From positions 14,426 through 78,425 of the forward strand of contig JBEVNO010000064.1 of assembly GCA_040508085.1 (NCBI GenBank): a stretch of 64,000 nt of DNA. Direction: 5' to 3'. Positions 51,039 to 60,932 of this stretch are shown piece after piece (position 1 is the first letter of the stretch; the number at the start of each line of letters is the position of its first letter). The notes beneath the pieces were generated by a model. It was given only the letters and a program-made list of their open reading frames with translations, was not told where the DNA came from and made no database searches. The stretch is from Steroidobacteraceae bacterium (GTDB taxonomy: Bacteria; Pseudomonadota; Gammaproteobacteria; Steroidobacterales; Steroidobacteraceae). A program made the position numbers and the translations under genes.

Positions 51039-51358
51039 GCAGCCCCCGGTTATGGACTGCCGCAAAGCCTACGCGCCCGATCACACCCGGACAAGCGGCA
51101 GATGGGACGGGGGCGCCGGCAGTGAAAACCCCCGGCGCGTCACCGCGGGACCTCGCAACTGGCGGCATATATGAGACGCAGCGTTCCGTTATTGATGGGC
51201 GCCGGGGCGGCCCTAGGTGCAGTCCGGTGCGGGCGCGGCGCGCGCCGGAACGGGCCCGTTTATGACCGCCTGACCTGTCCCTGATTGCACACCCTTTGCC
51301 CGCAGACGCAAACCGGGTTACCTTCGGCCTCGATCTAGCTGAAATGGAGCACCGCACC

Positions 51359-51871
51359 ATGGCCCTCTGGGACAAACCCGATACGAGCGCGACTCCGGCC
51401 GCGCCCGCCCCTGCCGCGCCCGCACCGCGCCCGGCCGGCAACGCGCCAACTTCCACTCCGCCTGCCCAGGACTCCGCCCTCGCGCTGAAGGAACGCACAG
51501 AAATGAAAGAATCGATCATCGCTTCGGGCCTTTCCATCGAAGGCAAGATCATCGGCAACGGCCACGTGCGCGTGGCTGGCAAGTTCAAGGGTGACATCCA
51601 GGTTGAAGGCAACCTGCACATCGACAACGGCGCCAAGGTGGAAGGCCAGGTGCGGGCCAGCGAAGTCATCGTCAGCGGCGAGCTGCAGGGCAATGTCGAA
51701 AGCGCCAAGCGCGTCGAGCTGCAGCAGGGTGGCTCCATCGTCGGCGATGTGAAAACCGGCTCGCTCACCGTGGCGGCAGGCTCGCGCATGCGCGGCTCGG
51801 TCGACTTCGGCTTCGACGATGCCAAAGCAGCCACCTCCCTGAACGTCGGGAGCCGCAGTAACGTCGCATGA
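51359..51871 (+). CDS. Bactofilin family cytoskeletal protein
   Basis: Pro/Ala-rich N-terminus, then bactofilin beta-helix repeats IEGKIIGNGHVRVAGKFKGDIQVEGNLHIDNGAKVEGQVRASEVIVSGELQGNV. The start is ATG 51359 or 51344. Confidence 0.8.
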   Translation: MALWDKPDTSATPAAPAPAAPAPRPAGNAPTSTPPAQDSALALKERTEMKESIIASGLSIEGKIIGNGHVRVAGKFKGDIQVEGNLHIDNGAKVEGQVRASEVIVSGELQGNVESAKRVELQQGGSIVGDVKTGSLTVAAGSRMRGSVDFGFDDAKAATSLNVGSRSNVA

Positions 51872-52242
51872 TTGGTACGGCGCGGGCGGCGAACCAGGCC
51901 GGTGCGACCCGCACCTGCCCACACTGTCGGGCAACCATTCTCGAAAGCGCAGTCATCTGTCCGGGGTGCAAGCACCATCTGCGCTTCGACAAGGATGCGC
52001 GTGCAGCCCAGGAGGCAGGCACGCGGCTTGCCTGGCAGATCGAGGGCACGCTGGACGCTGCGCGCATGGACGCCGCCACCGAATACAGCATCCTCATCGT
52101 CGTGCGCAATGAGCGCAATGAGGAGATTGCCCGCCAAGTGGTGAATGTCGGCGCGCTGCAGGGCGCCGAGCGTCGCAACTTCGCGGTGTCGATTGAAACT
52201 TCCGAATCCAGAAGCGCGGGAGTGCTGCCGCGCCGGCGCTAG
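51868..52242 (+). CDS. Zinc-ribbon hypothetical protein
   Basis: ATGA overlap with the bactofilin stop. CPHC-x12-CPGC zinc ribbon at the N-terminus, then ~80 aa with no recognised family. Confidence 0.5.
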   Translation: MIGTARAANQAGATRTCPHCRATILESAVICPGCKHHLRFDKDARAAQEAGTRLAWQIEGTLDAARMDAATEYSILIVVRNERNEEIARQVVNVGALQGAERRNFAVSIETSESRSAGVLPRRR

Positions 52243-52252
52243 GCGCCCGCCC

Positions 52253-54172
52253 TCAGCGCCCTGCCGCTACCTGCGGCACCACTTCATCCACGCTGGCGGT
52301 GGTCACCGAGTGGTAGCCCGGCCGGGCTTCGGCATAGATGCGCTGCGCCAGCGGGCGCCCCCACGCACCTTGCGCCATCAGATCCTTGAACAGCGGCAGC
52401 ACGTATTTGCGGCGTCCCTGTGAAGTAAGGAACTCTTCTACCTGCGGCACCGCCGCCGCGTAGCGGTTGCGCACCGCGAGGCGCAGCCAGGCAAACTGCA
52501 CTTCGCTGTTGCGCTGACTGTCCAGCTGCAGCAGCTTCACCAGTGCATCCAGCTGGCGCACGGACTGCCGGCGCGGCAGCTGCGTCAGGAACCGCACCCG
52601 CTCCGACGAATTCCACTGCGCCACGACCGGCAGGGTGCCGCGCGCCGCGAATGCCTTGGCCGCCGCATCCACATCCTTGAAGGCCGCCGCAGTGACATGT
52701 ACGGCATTGGCAGGCAATCCCGGCTGGTAAACCCAGGCGTCCAGATCCAGCTGCTGCTCCAGCGCCGCATCGCCGCGCACCAGATGTTCGCGCAGGTCCG
52801 CCAGGAATCGCGCCGAGGTCTGCGGCTGGAACGCATGGCGATCGAAGTAGTCGCGCAGGTAGGCGTCCCAGCGCTCGCGGCCCACCGCCCTCTCGATGGT
52901 GCGCAGGAAGGTGGCGCCCTTCTCGTAGGCGATGTCGGTCATGCCGATATCCGGGTCGCGGCCTCCCAGCTCGCCGTGCAGGCGCGTATCGGCACCCTTC
53001 AGCCCGCCGGCCTCCTTGATGGCCGCCTGCAGGTCGTCCCAGCCGAGATCGGCCAGCATGGCGGCCGCGTGCTCGCCGTAGACCCGTTCCATGATGCGGT
53101 TTTCAAAGTAGCTGGTGAAGCCTTCGTTCAGCCAGAAATCCGCCCATGTGGCATTGGTCACGAGGTTGCCGGACCAGCTGTGAGCAAGCTCATGTGCGAT
53201 GACCGACACCAGGGATTTGTCGCCCGCGATGATGGTGGGCGTGGCAAAGGTCAGGCGCGGATTCTCCATGCCGCCGAATGGAAACGACGGTGGCAGCACC
53301 AGCACGTCGTAGCGCCCCCAGCGATAGCTTCCGTACAGCGACTCCGCAGCGCTCAAAAGCTGTTCCAGGTCCGCGAACTCGCTGGCTGCCGCATCCAGCC
53401 GCGAAGGTTCGGTGTAGACGCCGGTGCGTGGTCCCAGCTCGCGGAACGCCAGATCCCCAATGGCAATGGCGATGAGATACGGCGCCACGGGCTCGTTCAT
53501 GCGGAAACGCCAGGCGCGCCCCCCGGGGACCTGCAGGGCCTCGGCGCCGCGCATCTCGGCGCTCATCAGCACCGTGAGCGGCGGCGGCGCGACAATCCGC
53601 GCCGTCCAGGTCTGGCGGATTCCCGGGCTGTCCTGGGTGGGAATCCAGCTGCGCGTCAGGATGGCCTCGCTCTGGCTGAACAGATAGGGTTGCTGGCCGC
53701 CGGCAGTCTGCTGCGCCGTCAGCCACTGCAAGGCAGGCGCATCAGGGCTGGTGCGATAGGTGATCCGCACGCGCCGGGCTTCGCCGAGCGTCACCTGCAA
53801 GGGCGTGCCGCGTACCGCATCGGGTTCGCCGAGCTTCCAGGGCAGTGGGCTGCCGTCGGCATCCGCCACGGCCTCGATGCTCAGCCGGTCGGTATCCAGC
53901 GTCAGGACCGGTGCCGCGCCCGGCGCCTCGACTTCAAGCGCGGCGGTGCCGGCCAGCGTGCGTGTGGCGAAATCGGCCACCAGGTCCAGATCAAGATGGG
54001 TGACGCGCGCCACCGCGGGGTCGGCCCAGGAATGCACGTCGCGCGCGTCCTCGCCGCTCAGCAGTGGAGCCACGGGAAGCGGTGGCACCGCGGCAGTGGT
54101 CGGCGCATCGGCGCCCTGGCTGCAGGCGAGCAGGGACAGCAGCAGCGGCAACAGCGGCAGAATACGGCGCAT
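52253..54172 (-). CDS. M1-family zinc aminopeptidase (leukotriene A4 hydrolase/aminopeptidase N-like), lipoprotein
   Basis: ATG 54172. Lipobox LLSLLAC, GGMENP exopeptidase motif and HELAHSWSGNLVTNATWADFWLNEGF (HEXXH-18-E). Confidence 0.85.
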   Translation of the reverse strand: MRRILPLLPLLLSLLACSQGADAPTTAAVPPLPVAPLLSGEDARDVHSWADPAVARVTHLDLDLVADFATRTLAGTAALEVEAPGAAPVLTLDTDRLSIEAVADADGSPLPWKLGEPDAVRGTPLQVTLGEARRVRITYRTSPDAPALQWLTAQQTAGGQQPYLFSQSEAILTRSWIPTQDSPGIRQTWTARIVAPPPLTVLMSAEMRGAEALQVPGGRAWRFRMNEPVAPYLIAIAIGDLAFRELGPRTGVYTEPSRLDAAASEFADLEQLLSAAESLYGSYRWGRYDVLVLPPSFPFGGMENPRLTFATPTIIAGDKSLVSVIAHELAHSWSGNLVTNATWADFWLNEGFTSYFENRIMERVYGEHAAAMLADLGWDDLQAAIKEAGGLKGADTRLHGELGGRDPDIGMTDIAYEKGATFLRTIERAVGRERWDAYLRDYFDRHAFQPQTSARFLADLREHLVRGDAALEQQLDLDAWVYQPGLPANAVHVTAAAFKDVDAAAKAFAARGTLPVVAQWNSSERVRFLTQLPRRQSVRQLDALVKLLQLDSQRNSEVQFAWLRLAVRNRYAAAVPQVEEFLTSQGRRKYVLPLFKDLMAQGAWGRPLAQRIYAEARPGYHSVTTASVDEVVPQVAAGR

Positions 54173-54257
54173 GAAATATCCTGTACGTCGCAACGGAATC
54201 GACCCGTTGAGGCGCGAAGATAGCAGCCGCGCGACGAGCCGGGCGTAGAATCCTCGC

Positions 54258-55184
54258 GTGCCAACCATCCTCGAGATCGAAGCCCTCGCCAAGACCTACC
54301 CTGGCGGGCTTGCCGCCCTGCGCGATGTCAATCTGCAGGTACGGCGCGGCGAGATCCTGGCGCTGCTCGGGCCCAATGGCGCGGGCAAGACCACACTGAT
54401 CGGCATTGTCTGCGGCCTGGTGAACGCGACCGGCGGCCGCGTGCTGGTCAACGGCCATGACGCCGCGCGCGAACCACGCGCCACACGCCGGCTCATCGGC
54501 CTCGTGCCGCAGGAACTGGCCACCGAGGCGTTCGAGACCGTACGCGCCGCCGTGACGTTCAGCCGAGGCCTGTTCGGCCTGCCGCCGGATAGCGCGGCGG
54601 TGGAAGGCGTGCTGCGCTCACTGTCGCTGTGGGACAAACGGGATGTGAAGATCCAGACACTGTCCGGCGGCATGAAGCGCCGCGTGATGATCGCCAAGGC
54701 GCTGGTGCACGAGCCGCAGCTGCTGTTCCTCGACGAGCCCTCCGCCGGGGTGGACGTCGAACTGCGACGTGACATGTGGCAGCTGGTGCGCGGCCTGCGC
54801 GAGCGCGGCACCACCATCATCCTCACCACGCACTACATAGAGGAGGCCGAGGAGATGGCCGACCGGATCGGCATCATCAACCGCGGCGAGCTGACCCTGG
54901 TCGAAGACAAGGCAACCCTGATCCGCAAGCTGGGCCGCAAGGAACTGCGCCTGCACCTGCAGCAGCCCCTGCAGCGCATTCCGGACGCGCTGGCTCACTG
55001 GGCGTTGAAGCTTTCCGGCGACGGCATGTCGCTGGTGTTCACCTTCGCGGACGAGGCCGCGCGGGCGCGCATCGCCACCCTGTTGCGCGAAGTGGGCCAG
55101 GCTGGCATCGAGTTCCGCGACCTGGAGACGCAGCAGAGCTCGCTCGAGGATATTTTCGTTTCGCTGGTGCGGGGCAATCCATGA
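54258..55184 (+). CDS. ABC transporter ATP-binding protein (ABC-2 subfamily, YadG-like)
   Basis: Walker [10 protein letters not shown], signature LSGGMKRRV, Walker [16 protein letters not shown] start. Confidence 0.85.
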   Translation: MPTILEIEALAKTYPGGLAALRDVNLQVRRGEILALLGPNGAGKTTLIGIVCGLVNATGGRVLVNGHDAAREPRATRRLIGLVPQELATEAFETVRAAVTFSRGLFGLPPDSAAVEGVLRSLSLWDKRDVKIQTLSGGMKRRVMIAKALVHEPQLLFLDEPSAGVDVELRRDMWQLVRGLRERGTTIILTTHYIEEAEEMADRIGIINRGELTLVEDKATLIRKLGRKELRLHLQQPLQRIPDALAHWALKLSGDGMSLVFTFADEAARARIATLLREVGQAGIEFRDLETQQSSLEDIFVSLVRGNP

Positions 55185-55942
55185 ACCTGCACGCCGTCCG
55201 CGCCATCTACCGCTTCGAGATGGCTCGCACCTTCCGCACGGTGGTACAGAGCATCCTGACGCCCGTGCTGACCACCTCGCTGTACTTCGTGGTGTTCGGC
55301 TCCGCCATCGGTTCGCGCATGACGGAAATAGGCGGCATCCCGTTCTCGGCCTTCATCGTGCCTGGCCTCATCATGCTGTCGGTGCTCAATGAGAGCATCG
55401 GCAATGCCTCGTTCGGCATCTACTTCCCGAAGTGGTCCGGCACCATCTACGAACTGCTGTCGGCCCCGGTCGGCACTGCGGAGATCGTGCTGGGTTACGT
55501 CGGCGCCGCCGCCACCAAGTCGACGTTGATCGGCGCCATCATCCTGGCGACCTCGTCATTGTTCGTGCCGCTGCAGGTGCTGCATCCGTTCTGGATGGTG
55601 GTGTTCCTGGCGCTCACCGCCGTCACGTTCAGCCTGTTCGGATTCCTGCTGGGCATCTGGGCCACGAGCTGGGAGAAGCTGCAGTTCGTGCCGGCGCTGG
55701 TGATCACGCCGCTGACCTTCCTCGGCGGGAGCTTCTATTCCATCGACATGCTGCCGCCGCTGTGGCGCGCGATCACGCTGTTCAACCCCGTGGTGTATCT
55801 CATCAGCGGTTTCCGCTGGAGCTTCTACGGCAAGGGCGATGTGGATGTGCTGCTGAGCTTCAGCATCATCGTGGTGATCCTGGCTGCCTGCCTGGCACTG
55901 ATCACCTGGATGATCCGTACCGGCTGGCGCCTGCGGCATTAG
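55181..55942 (+). CDS. ABC-2 type transporter permease (YadH-like)
   Basis: ATGA overlap with the ATPase stop. Six-TM protein beginning [19 protein letters not shown]. The upstream part of the 388-aa track ORF lies inside the ATPase gene. Confidence 0.8.
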   Translation: MNLHAVRAIYRFEMARTFRTVVQSILTPVLTTSLYFVVFGSAIGSRMTEIGGIPFSAFIVPGLIMLSVLNESIGNASFGIYFPKWSGTIYELLSAPVGTAEIVLGYVGAAATKSTLIGAIILATSSLFVPLQVLHPFWMVVFLALTAVTFSLFGFLLGIWATSWEKLQFVPALVITPLTFLGGSFYSIDMLPPLWRAITLFNPVVYLISGFRWSFYGKGDVDVLLSFSIIVVILAACLALITWMIRTGWRLRH

Positions 55943-55970
55943 TCGGGGCGGCAACCTCACCGGGGGCACG

Positions 55971-57005
55971 ATGGCAACAGAACCAGGCACAGTGGTCACC
56001 GGGCGCCGCGCGATGCTCAGGATGCTGGCGGCGGGAGCTGCCGTGGCCGGCACGCGCGGCGCCACGGCCGCGGATTCCCTTCCCCCTGGCGCCCGGCTGG
56101 TGGCCGACGGCCTGCAGTTCCCCGAGGGCCCGGTCGCGATGCGCGATGGCTCGGTCATCCTGGTGGAAATGAAATCGCGCACGCTCACGCGCATCACGCC
56201 CACCGGCGCCCGGCAGATCATCGCCTCACTGGGCGGCGGCCCGAACGGCGCCGCCATAGGCCCGGATGGCGCGATGTACGTGGCCAACAATGGCGGCGCC
56301 TGGGGCTGGGCCGAGGGACCGGCACATCTGCCAGGCGCGCCGCCAGCGACCTATAGCGGCGGCTCGATACAGCGCGTCGACCTCACCTCCGGCGCCTTCA
56401 CCACGTTGTACGATTCCTGTGAGGGCAGGCCGCTGAACAGCCCCAACGACCTGGTGTTCGATGAAAGCGGCGGATTCTGGTTCACCTGCTATGGCCAGTC
56501 GGACGGCGAGGTACGACGGCTGGGTGCGCTTTACTATGCCCTGGCGGATGGCTCGAAGATCGTCCGCTGGCGCAGCGAGCTGATCTCGCCCAATGGCGTC
56601 GGCCTGTCTCCCGATGGGCGCGAGGTCTACATGACCGACTGCATGGCCGGCCGGCTGTACGCCTTCGCCCTCACCGCGCCGGGCATCATGGCACCACAAG
56701 GCGCACTGTCCAGCGGCGCCGTGGGGCGCGTGATCGCAACGCTCCCCGATTACCAGTGGCTCGACAGTCTCGCCGTGGAGGCCAATGGCAATGTCTGCGT
56801 TGCCACGCTGTTCAACTCGGCCATCACCACTTTCAATCCGCAGACCGGGTCATACACGCAGATCCCGTTCAACGACCCCGTGACGACCAACCTGTGCTTC
56901 GGCGGCGCCGACATGCGCGATGCCTGGATCACCTGTGCCAGCACGGGGCGGCTGTACCGCATGCGCTGGCCACGTCCCGGCCTGCGCCTGGCGTACAACG
57001 CCTAG
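55971..57005 (+). CDS. SMP-30/gluconolactonase/LRE-family beta-propeller protein with Tat-like signal
   Basis: The N-terminus GRRAMLRMLAAGAAVAG is Tat-like. Contains EGPVAM, SPNDLVFDESGGFWFT and PNGVGLSPDG. Confidence 0.75.
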   Translation: MATEPGTVVTGRRAMLRMLAAGAAVAGTRGATAADSLPPGARLVADGLQFPEGPVAMRDGSVILVEMKSRTLTRITPTGARQIIASLGGGPNGAAIGPDGAMYVANNGGAWGWAEGPAHLPGAPPATYSGGSIQRVDLTSGAFTTLYDSCEGRPLNSPNDLVFDESGGFWFTCYGQSDGEVRRLGALYYALADGSKIVRWRSELISPNGVGLSPDGREVYMTDCMAGRLYAFALTAPGIMAPQGALSSGAVGRVIATLPDYQWLDSLAVEANGNVCVATLFNSAITTFNPQTGSYTQIPFNDPVTTNLCFGGADMRDAWITCASTGRLYRMRWPRPGLRLAYNA

Positions 57006-57012
57006 CAGAGCA

Positions 57013-58830
57013 ATGGCCGCGCTCCAGTACGAATTCGACAGCTTCCGCCTTGATCCCCAGCAGCGTGTGCTGTTCACGCTGCAGGACGACCGCCAGGTCG
57101 AACTGCAGCCGCGCGTATTCGACGCCCTGCTCTACTTCGTGGAGCGCCCTGGCGAGCTGCTTGGGAAGCGGGAACTGCTGCAGGCGCTGTGGCCGAATGT
57201 GGTGGTCGAGGAAAACAGCCTCAACCAGGTGGTATCGCAGCTGCGGCGTGCGCTGGGCGAGCGGCCCGCTGAACACCGCTACATCGTCACCGCACCGGGG
57301 CGTGGCTACCGATTCGTGGCCGCCGTCAGCACGGCGCGTGAGCGCCCGGTCGCGCCGCGCCAGCGGCATCCCCTGTCGGTGGCGGTGTTGCCCTTCGCCA
57401 GCCACATGGCCGGCGGCGATGACCTCGGTGACGCCATTGCAGCTGATCTGTCCCGTCTGCTGTCCGCCCGCAGCCGGTTGCGGGTTGCCGCCCACACCTC
57501 CACCGCCGCACTGCGGGCGCAACAGACCGAGCCGCGGCAGATTGGTGAGGTGCTGAATGTCAGCCGCATCGTCACCGGTGAGGTCGAAGGCAATGTCCGC
57601 CAGCTCAGCATGAGCGCGCGGCTGTTGGATACGGCCACTGCTTCGGTGCTGTGGAGCCAGACGCTGCGCGGTGGGCTCAGTGGCCTCGCGGAGCTGCAGG
57701 GCGAGATGGCGCGGGCCCTGGCGCAGGTGATCGACCCGGAGGGCGCGCGACCCGCATCGACCGCAGCGGAAGTCGCGCCGGAGGCGTACCTTGCATATCT
57801 GAAGGCACTGTCGCTGTCACAGAAGCCCAGCCCCGTAAGTGTGGCCAGTTCGATCTCCTTGCTGCAGCAGTCGGTGCGCCTGTCGCCGCAGTTTCCACGC
57901 GCCCACTCACTGCTCGCCATCCAGTACACCATGGGCGTGATGTTTGGCTTCGGCAGTGCCGACGCGCTGCAGAATGCCCGCGATGAGGCGGCCGCCGCGC
58001 TGACGCTGGACGACCAGAATGGCGAGACCTACTGCGCCGCCGGCGTGATCGACTGTCTTGGTGGCAACTGGCCGCGGGCGGAAGAGCGGTTCCGCATCGC
58101 CCATTCACTCACGGCGGATCCGGTGGTGAGTGGCCTGCGCTGCGCCTATCTCACGCTGTCCGTGGGGCAGCTGGCCCGCGCCATGCAACAGGCCGAATAC
58201 ACGCTGAACGTGGCCCCCACTCATCCCATCGGAGTGCAGATGCTGGCCTCGCTGCACATGACGCTGGGCGGTGACGAGCAGGCCCGGCGTTTCACGCAGT
58301 TATCCATCGAGCAGGGGCAGCCGCCAGCGGTCGCACCGCTGAATGACCTGCTGTCGCAGCTGGCGCTGCGCGGCGGCCACGGCACAGAGGCGGTAGTGCA
58401 TATGCGCGCCGCACTGCCGCCGCGCATCTACGGCCCGGAGCTGGATGCCGTGCTCACGGCGCTGTGCCGGGACGGGCTCAACGGCGCCGAACGCTGGCGC
58501 GTGGCGCAGCAGGTGCAGGGCATCGTGGCTGGCCTGTCGAATGCCGAGCTGGACCCGCCCATGCGCAAGCGGCTGCTGCTGTGGTACGCGCGCGTCGATG
58601 CCCTGGATGCAGCCTTCGCGCTCGCGAATGCCTCGCTCGATCATTTCGGCCAGCAGGGCACGGTGGGCGGCGCGTGGGGGCTGTTGTGGCTGCCGGAAAT
58701 GCAGGCCTTCCGCGATGACGCGCGTTTCCAGCTGTTCGCGCGCCGGCTGCGCCTGTTCGACTACTGGATGGAATACGGCCCGCCGGACGGCTATTCGCTG
58801 GCTGGCGAACGGCTGATGCGGGCGGGCTGA
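57013..58830 (+). CDS. Winged-helix (OmpR/PhoB C-terminal type, CadC-like) regulator with large C-terminal TPR-like region
   Basis: YEFDSFRLDPQQRVL..LQPRVFDALLYFVERPGELLGKRELLQALWPNVVVEENSLNQVVSQLRRALG..IVTAPGRGYRF, then a SVAVLPFA segment and helical repeats. ATG 57013. Confidence 0.75.
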   Translation: MAALQYEFDSFRLDPQQRVLFTLQDDRQVELQPRVFDALLYFVERPGELLGKRELLQALWPNVVVEENSLNQVVSQLRRALGERPAEHRYIVTAPGRGYRFVAAVSTARERPVAPRQRHPLSVAVLPFASHMAGGDDLGDAIAADLSRLLSARSRLRVAAHTSTAALRAQQTEPRQIGEVLNVSRIVTGEVEGNVRQLSMSARLLDTATASVLWSQTLRGGLSGLAELQGEMARALAQVIDPEGARPASTAAEVAPEAYLAYLKALSLSQKPSPVSVASSISLLQQSVRLSPQFPRAHSLLAIQYTMGVMFGFGSADALQNARDEAAAALTLDDQNGETYCAAGVIDCLGGNWPRAEERFRIAHSLTADPVVSGLRCAYLTLSVGQLARAMQQAEYTLNVAPTHPIGVQMLASLHMTLGGDEQARRFTQLSIEQGQPPAVAPLNDLLSQLALRGGHGTEAVVHMRAALPPRIYGPELDAVLTALCRDGLNGAERWRVAQQVQGIVAGLSNAELDPPMRKRLLLWYARVDALDAAFALANASLDHFGQQGTVGGAWGLLWLPEMQAFRDDARFQLFARRLRLFDYWMEYGPPDGYSLAGERLMRAG

Positions 58831-58842
58831 GCCGCTCTCAGT

Positions 58843-59256
58843 TCAGGTGCCGGCAGCCCGGCGTGCGTACTGGCGCAGCACTTCAACATTCGCTGCCGCC
58901 TCTTCCGCCGAAACGGCAGTGTCGCCGGGGGCAGGATCGGGACGCTCCGGGCTCACCGGCACCGTATCCAGAAGCGGGAACGGATCGCCGCCCGTCAATC
59001 GCCGGGAGCTGTTCACCAGCCAGCGCTCGATGTGCTGGCGGAAGCGGTGGGTGGCCTCTTCGCGCAGGCTTTTCAGCACCGGCTCGCCGCCGCGCTGCTG
59101 CGCCGGGCTGGCCTGCCACCACCACTGCAGGCGATCAGCGCGACCGGCCTGCATGTAAGTGAAGGTGATTACGAAGTGGCGACCGCGATCGTTTGCCGGC
59201 AACTCGGCAAAAGCAAAATAGGCCTCCAGCGAGCGAGGCAGTTCGATGTTCGTCAT
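58843..59256 (-). CDS. Hypothetical protein
   Basis: Balanced composition (FVITFTYMQAGRADRLQWWWQ...). The start is ATG 59256 or GTG 59271. No family recognised. Confidence 0.4.
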   Translation of the reverse strand: MTNIELPRSLEAYFAFAELPANDRGRHFVITFTYMQAGRADRLQWWWQASPAQQRGGEPVLKSLREEATHRFRQHIERWLVNSSRRLTGGDPFPLLDTVPVSPERPDPAPGDTAVSAEEAAANVEVLRQYARRAAGT

Positions 59257-59327
59257 GCCCGGGACCGCCACCTCTGTCGTACTGGATGACGACGGTGTTG
59301 CCGGATCATAACACCACGCACGGGCTT

Positions 59328-60842
59328 CTAAAGCCCCAGTGCGCGCCGCATCACGTGATAGATCTCATTCTGGTTGATCACGCCACGCACCACGTCCGAG
59401 CCTGGTCCGCGGCCGAACAAGGCCACGTCCTCGCCACCATGGGTTTCACTGCGCAGTCCCACCATGGATTCCTGGTGGTAGTCAGGCGAGGTGGTGTCGA
59501 AATCGCGCAAGTCCTGGTCGCGGCCAGGCGTGACATCCCGCGGCATCTCGTCGATCTTGCCATCGATGATCTGGAATCCGGGCCCCGTTGCATAAGACAA
59601 GGTCGCGTACGGCTTGCCCTTCACATCCAGCGTGGGCCCGCTGGCGCCCGGGGCCTTGACCAGACCCAGGATCGGATTGCCGCGTGCCGGGTACCCGGCG
59701 ATGGTCATCACGTGGCTGTGATCAGCGGTGACAAGGATAAGTGTGTCCTTGGCATCGGTGAGCTGCGCGGCCATGCGCACGGCATCAGACAAGGCGATCG
59801 CGTCGGTCAGTGCGCGATAGGCATTGCCGGCGTGGTGGCCGTGGTCGATGCGACCGCCCTCCACCATCAGGTAATAGCCCTTGCGGTTCTTCTTCAGGAT
59901 CTCGATGGCCTTGGACGTCATTTCTGCCAGCGACGGCTCGCCGGCTGGGTCTTCGCCGCGATCGGCCTCGTATTGCATGTGGCTGCGCTCGAACAGGCCC
60001 AGCAGGTGGTCGGTGTTCTTCGCATCCACCGCGAGGAAATCATCGCGCTTCCAGACGAACCGTGAATTGGCCTGCGCCGCTACCCATTCCCGCACCAGGT
60101 CGCGGCCATCGCGGCGCAGCCCGTGGGCCTGGGGATATTCCGGATCGGCCGCGCCGGTGTCGGTGAGATAGGCCCGTCCGCCACCCAGCACCACCTCTAC
60201 GCCATTGCCGGTCTTCTGCCGTTGCACCAGCTGTGCCGCGATGTCGGGCAGTGTGGCGGTGGCAGGCAGGGAACCTGCGTATTCCCAATCGCGGTTCGGC
60301 GTGTGCGCGTAGTTGGAGGCAGGCGTGGCATGGGTGATGCGAGCAGTGGAAACCACGCCGGTGGAAAGTCCCTTGTCTTCCGCCAGCTCCAGGATGGTCT
60401 GCAGCGCATTCGGCGCGACGCGCGCGGCATCGGCCTCGTTCTCTGCCACTGCGGGACCCACCGACAACGCACCATCATTGGCATGCCAGCCCGTGACGAT
60501 GGCCGTGGCGGTTGGTGCGGAATCCGAAACCTGCTGGTTGGCTGAGAAAGTGCGCACCAGGGCCGCCTGCGGAAATTCCTCGAAGCTCAGCCGGTTGTCC
60601 TCGCCGCTCTGACCCTTGCGCTGGCCTTCCAGGATGCGCGAGGCAGTAATCGTGGCGATGCCCATGCCATCGCCGATGAACAGAATCACATTGCGTGCCC
60701 GCTTTGCCTTTTTCACGCCCTTGGCCCGCTGCGCGACGTGATCCCGCGCCTCCTCGAAATCGCTGCGCGGAGTGGCAGCCAGCGATGGCGCGAGCAACGC
60801 GACGGACAATACGGTCACCAGCAGACGGCGGCTCGAAGACAT
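59328..60842 (-). CDS. Alkaline phosphatase (PhoA/ALP family), secreted
   Basis: Signal peptide, then FIGDGMGIATITASR, nucleophile block VSDSAPTATAIVTG, GGRIDHGHH and TADHSH. Confidence 0.85.
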   Translation of the reverse strand: MSSSRRLLVTVLSVALLAPSLAATPRSDFEEARDHVAQRAKGVKKAKRARNVILFIGDGMGIATITASRILEGQRKGQSGEDNRLSFEEFPQAALVRTFSANQQVSDSAPTATAIVTGWHANDGALSVGPAVAENEADAARVAPNALQTILELAEDKGLSTGVVSTARITHATPASNYAHTPNRDWEYAGSLPATATLPDIAAQLVQRQKTGNGVEVVLGGGRAYLTDTGAADPEYPQAHGLRRDGRDLVREWVAAQANSRFVWKRDDFLAVDAKNTDHLLGLFERSHMQYEADRGEDPAGEPSLAEMTSKAIEILKKNRKGYYLMVEGGRIDHGHHAGNAYRALTDAIALSDAVRMAAQLTDAKDTLILVTADHSHVMTIAGYPARGNPILGLVKAPGASGPTLDVKGKPYATLSYATGPGFQIIDGKIDEMPRDVTPGRDQDLRDFDTTSPDYHQESMVGLRSETHGGEDVALFGRGPGSDVVRGVINQNEIYHVMRRALGL

Positions 60843-60932
60843 GGGCTATCCCTTGGACTGCAGCGAGAGAGGTTTCGATATCGCTGGATGATGCCCGATT
60901 TTCGTGACAGTCGTGGCATGCTTGCGCACTTC

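Noticed and set aside
51066-51300. Possible Moco riboswitch in the leader of the molybdo-hydroxylase operon (and upstream of moeA at 21611-22112)
   Set aside because: Reading the relevant strands, I could not find the conserved Moco-motif blocks as I recall them, or a convincing multi-stem fold. A covariance-model scan would still settle it.
60843-60932. Pho box for the alkaline phosphatase, or cobalamin riboswitch for the HupE-like gene
   Set aside because: Only one good half-site (CTGTCAC, complement of 60904-60910) is present. The expected second 7-mer 11 nt away (ATCGGGC) does not match. The 90-nt gap is far too short for a cobalamin riboswitch.
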